Of a DNA stretch of 64,000 nt, positions 60,427 to 64,000 are shown in pieces; the first letter of the stretch is position 1; each line of letters begins with the position of its first letter. Source of the stretch: Escherichia coli (lineage in GTDB: Bacteria > Pseudomonadota > Gammaproteobacteria > Enterobacterales > Enterobacteriaceae); the NCBI RefSeq assembly GCF_003334355.1, contig NZ_QOWP01000015.1, one strand, 5' to 3'. Position numbers and translations under genes: made by a program. Below the pieces are notes generated by a model. The model was given only the letters and a program-made list of their open reading frames with translations. It was not told the origin of the DNA and searched no databases.

Positions 60427-60778
60427 TTTGTCTTTTCTTGCATCTTGTTCGAAGGAATGCCTAAAGAGTTACCATAGATTTTGCGAATAGCACAAGATAT
60501 TTTTTGGCCGATTTTTATGATGCGTTTAATAATTTCAATAGAAATTGTTGTTTTTTAAAAAGAAAATAGTGAGTGAAAAAAATTCAATTTCAGTATGAAT
60601 GTTGTTCCCTTCCTAGTAGTTCATCCTTTGTCCGCTGCATTTTTGCGAGCATCATTCCACCGCCAGAACAACTCAACTTCACTTGCACAAATAAACAGGA
60701 ATCAGCCACTAAAATTCACGAATTAGCGGGCTACAGCAGCGATATCTTATGCACATAATAGTGACTCAAGGAGGGCTT

Positions 60779-62299
60779 ATGTCACTGTCAATTGTTCATA
60801 CCCGCGCAGCCCTGGGAGTAAATGCGCCCCCAATCACTGTTGAGGTACATATCAGTAAAGGTCTACCCGGCTTAACGATGGTGGGCTTACCAGAAACAAC
60901 TGTAAAAGAAGCTCGCGATCGCGTGCGCAGCGCCATTATCAATAGCGGATATGAATATCCGGCGAAAAAAATCACCATCAACCTGGCTCCAGCCGATCTG
61001 CCAAAAGAAGGGGGACGATATGATTTACCTATCGCCATTGCGTTGCTGGCGGCCTCAGAACAGCTTACAGCCAATAAGTTAGATGAATATGAATTAGTCG
61101 GAGAACTGGCGCTTACAGGCGCTCTGCGTGGCGTTCCCGGCGCAATCTCCAGTGCAACTGAAGCTATTAAGTCGGGCAGAAAAATTATCGTCGCGAAAGA
61201 TAACGAAGATGAAGTGGGGCTAATTAACGGTGAAGGATGCCTGATAGCCGATCATCTGCAGGCTGTCTGTGCGTTTCTGGAAGGTAAGCACGCTCTCGAA
61301 CGCCCGAAACCAACTGATGCAGTATCCCGGGCGCTACAACATGATCTCAGTGATGTTATCGGTCAGGAACAAGGAAAGCGAGGACTGGAAATTACCGCCG
61401 CTGGCGGGCACAACCTTTTACTGATTGGGCCGCCGGGAACAGGTAAAACAATGCTCGCCAGCCGTATTAATGGCCTGTTGCCAGATTTAAGCAATGAAGA
61501 GGCACTGGAGAGTGCTGCGATATTAAGTCTGGTAAATGCTGAATCAGTACAAAAACAATGGCGGCAGCGCCCGTTCCGCTCACCTCATCACAGTGCATCG
61601 TTAACTGCGATGGTAGGCGGTGGCGCAATTCCAGGGCCCGGTGAAATTTCGCTGGCGCATAACGGCGTGCTTTTTCTTGATGAGTTACCTGAATTTGAAA
61701 GGCGTACACTGGATGCCTTGCGAGAGCCGATTGAATCCGGGCAGATCCATCTTTCACGCACGCGAGCAAAAATAACCTATCCAGCCCGTTTCCAGCTTGT
61801 CGCGGCGATGAATCCCAGCCCTACCGGACATTATCAGGGAAACCATAACCGCTGCACACCAGAGCAAACGCTGCGTTATCTCAACCGGCTCTCGGGGCCC
61901 TTTCTCGACCGCTTCGATCTCTCACTGGAGATCCCATTACCACCCCCCGGCATTTTGAGTAAAACGGTAGTGCCGGGAGAAAGCAGCGCCACCGTTAAAC
62001 AACGCGTAATGGCCGCCAGAGAGCGCCAATTTAAGCGGCAGAATAAACTGAATGCCTGGCTGGATAGTCCGGAAATACGCCAATTCTGCAAACTTGAGAG
62101 CGAAGATGCGATGTGGTTGGAAGGAACACTGATCCATCTGGGGTTATCGATTCGTGCCTGGCAGCGGTTATTGAAAGTTGCACGAACCATTGCTGATATT
62201 GATCAGTCTGACATTATCACACGTCAGCATTTGCAGGAGGCAGTTAGCTATCGTGCGATTGACCGTTTGCTCATCCATCTGCAAAAACTACTGACATAA
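60779..62299 (+). CDS. comM: Mg-chelatase-like AAA+ ATPase ComM (YifB)
   Basis: 506 aa from ATG 60779 with SD aaggaggg; Walker A GPPGTGKT. Confidence 0.9.
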   Translation: MSLSIVHTRAALGVNAPPITVEVHISKGLPGLTMVGLPETTVKEARDRVRSAIINSGYEYPAKKITINLAPADLPKEGGRYDLPIAIALLAASEQLTANKLDEYELVGELALTGALRGVPGAISSATEAIKSGRKIIVAKDNEDEVGLINGEGCLIADHLQAVCAFLEGKHALERPKPTDAVSRALQHDLSDVIGQEQGKRGLEITAAGGHNLLLIGPPGTGKTMLASRINGLLPDLSNEEALESAAILSLVNAESVQKQWRQRPFRSPHHSASLTAMVGGGAIPGPGEISLAHNGVLFLDELPEFERRTLDALREPIESGQIHLSRTRAKITYPARFQLVAAMNPSPTGHYQGNHNRCTPEQTLRYLNRLSGPFLDRFDLSLEIPLPPPGILSKTVVPGESSATVKQRVMAARERQFKRQNKLNAWLDSPEIRQFCKLESEDAMWLEGTLIHLGLSIRAWQRLLKVARTIADIDQSDIITRQHLQEAVSYRAIDRLLIHLQKLLT

Positions 62300-62323
62300 A
62301 AAAAGGGCATTTCGCCCTTTTTA

Positions 62324-62662
62324 TTAATCATCAGAATCGGTGTAGTCTTCAGCACCTTCAACCTGCGGTTTACCGCCGGAAAGGGTGTGAAAACGTTTTG
62401 GACGCTTAATACGCGTCATATACTTGGACCACACGCGTTCTGCTTCTGTCACTGGCTCACGTTCGCCACGGCATACTGCTACGAAGAGTTTCTCTTCCTC
62501 GGTAACCGGCTCGCGTTTGCCAAGATCCAACTCATTGAAGGCATAACCATGACGCTCAAGCAGTTGTGCCTCTTTGATGGTGAAATCACCATGACGAGAG
62601 AATCCACGTGGATAATGTTTATTGTCGAAATATCGATTAGTCGTCGTAAAGCTTTCCGCCAT
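62324..62662 (-). CDS. yifE: YifE/MaoP (macrodomain Ori organisation protein)
   Basis: 112-aa ORF; divergent from hdfR. Confidence 0.8.
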   Translation of the reverse strand: MAESFTTTNRYFDNKHYPRGFSRHGDFTIKEAQLLERHGYAFNELDLGKREPVTEEEKLFVAVCRGEREPVTEAERVWSKYMTRIKRPKRFHTLSGGKPQVEGAEDYTDSDD

Positions 62663-62780
62663 CCTGCACGCTCCTAATTCTTTGACCGAGCTAGTTATGG
62701 CGCGGAGTATTAGTTACGCTTGACAGAGTGTAAAACAAAACATTTAAATCATAACGACAAATAATTTTGCGGAGAGCACT

Positions 62781-63620
62781 GTGGATACGGAATTGTTAAA
62801 AACTTTCCTGGAAGTTAGCCGAACGCGTCACTTTGGTCGAGCGGCTGAATCGCTCTATCTGACCCAGTCAGCAGTGAGCTTTCGAATCAGACAACTGGAA
62901 AATCAACTGGGTGTGAACCTTTTCACCCGCCACAGAAACAATATCCGTTTAACCGCTGCCGGTGAAAAACTACTGCCTTATGCAGAAACGCTCATGAGCA
63001 CCTGGCAGGCCGCCCGCAAGGAGGTGGCGCATACCTCACGACATAACGAGTTTTCTATCGGTGCCAGCGCCTCATTGTGGGAATGTATGCTTAATCAGTG
63101 GCTGGGACGTTTGTATCAAAATCAGGATGCCCATACAGGCTTACAGTTCGAAGCGCGAATTGCCCAACGGCAGTCTCTGGTAAAACAGCTGCATGAACGC
63201 CAGCTTGATCTTCTTATTACCACTGAAGCGCCCAAAATGGACGAATTTAGTAGTCAGTTGCTGGGATATTTCACTTTAGCGCTTTATACCAGTGCCCCTT
63301 CAAAACTAAAGGGAGATCTTAATTATCTGCGACTTGAGTGGGGGCCAGATTTTCAACAGCATGAGGCAGGTTTGATCGGTGCTGACGAAGTGCCCATTCT
63401 GACAACCAGTTCTGCTGAACTGGCACAGCAACAGATTGCGATGCTTAATGGTTGCACCTGGCTACCCGTCAGCTGGGCGCGTAAAAAAGGCGGCCTGCAT
63501 ACCGTTGTCGATAGCACAACACTTTCACGGCCGCTTTATGCCATATGGCTGCAAAATAGCGATAAAAATGCGTTGATTCGCGATCTTTTAAAAATTAACG
63601 TACTGGATGAAGTGTATTAA
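62781..63620 (+). CDS. hdfR: LysR-family regulator HdfR
   Basis: 279-aa ORF with GTG start at 62781; N-terminal HTH. Confidence 0.85.
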
Positions 63621-63680
63621 TATGAATGGCTGGCAAGGATGCCGGTAGAAGGATTTACTTCGGAGAGGGTTATTTCAGAT

Positions 63681-63711
63681 AAAAAAAATCCTTAGCTTTC
63701 GCTAAGGATGA
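63681..63711 (-). terminator. rho-independent terminator at the distal end of the rRNA operon (after trpT)
   Basis: Stem atccttagc/gctaaggat with tttc loop; minus strand followed by T8. Confidence 0.7.
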
Positions 63712-63715
63712 TTTC

Positions 63716-63791
63716 TGGCAGGGGCGGAGAGACTCGAACTCCCAACACCCGGTTTTGGAGACCGGTGCTCTACCAATTGAACTACGCCCCT
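63716..63791 (-). tRNA. trpT: tRNA-Trp
   Basis: Reverse complement reads AGGGGCGTAGTTCAATTGGTAGAGCACCGGTCTCCAAAACCGGGTGTTGGGAGTTCGAGTCTCTCCGCCCCTGCCA. Confidence 0.9.
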
Positions 63792-63799
63792 AATTAGGG

Positions 63800-63876
63800 T
63801 GGCGGAACGGACGGGACTCGAACCCGCGACCCCCTGCGTGACAGGCAGGTATTCTAACCGACTGAACTACCGCTCC
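63800..63876 (-). tRNA. aspT: tRNA-Asp
   Basis: Reverse complement reads GGAGCGGTAGTTCAGTCGGTTAGAATACCTGCCTGTCACGCAGGGGGTCGCGGGTTCGAGTCCCGTCCGTTCCGCCA. Confidence 0.9.
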
Positions 63877-63928
63877 ACCGAATTCTTTTACAACCACCGG
63901 TTTTATGACCGGCTTACTGCTTAATTTG

Positions 63929-64000
63929 ATGCCTGGCAGTTCCCTACTCTCGCATGGGGAGACCCCACACTACCATCGGCGCTACGGCGTTTCACTTCTG
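63929..64000 (-). rRNA. rrfC: 5S ribosomal RNA, 3' portion (runs off window end)
   Basis: atgcctggcagttccctactctcgcatggggagaccccacactaccatcggcgctacggcgtttcacttctg is the reverse complement of the 5S rRNA 3' 72 nt. Confidence 0.85.

Overview
This window reads as conserved Escherichia coli core chromosome, syntenic with the K-12 metR to rrnC region (about 85-86 min) but in reverse orientation. I found no insertion sequence, prophage, integron, CRISPR array or foreign gene block, and no evidence of a novel multi-gene system. All identifications come from reading the sequence and ORF track against recalled protein and RNA sequences; no database search was run. Gene order is metR (3' part), yigM, yigL, pldB, rhtB, rhtC, recQ, pldA, yigI, rarD, yigG, yigF, corA, yigE, uvrD, yigB-xerC-yigA-dapF-lptM, cyaY, cyaA, hemCDXY, GlmZ sRNA, an aslA remnant, aslB, the proM-leuT-hisR-argX tRNA operon, yifK, the 12-gene enterobacterial common antigen cluster (wecA to wecG), rho with rhoL, trxA, rhlB, gppA, rep, yifN (frameshifted), ppiC, ilvC, ilvY, ilvLXGMEDA, comM, yifE, hdfR, and trpT, aspT and the 3' end of a 5S rRNA. 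ORF-track starts were trimmed to internal start codons where the recalled protein length required it. Two features differ from the K-12 reference as I recall it: aslA is cut down to a roughly 53-codon stub ending at a REP element, and ilvG is one uninterrupted 548-codon frame. The under-characterised loci most worth follow-up are the frameshifted orphan PemK/MazF-like gene yifN and the AT-rich yigG-yigF pair.
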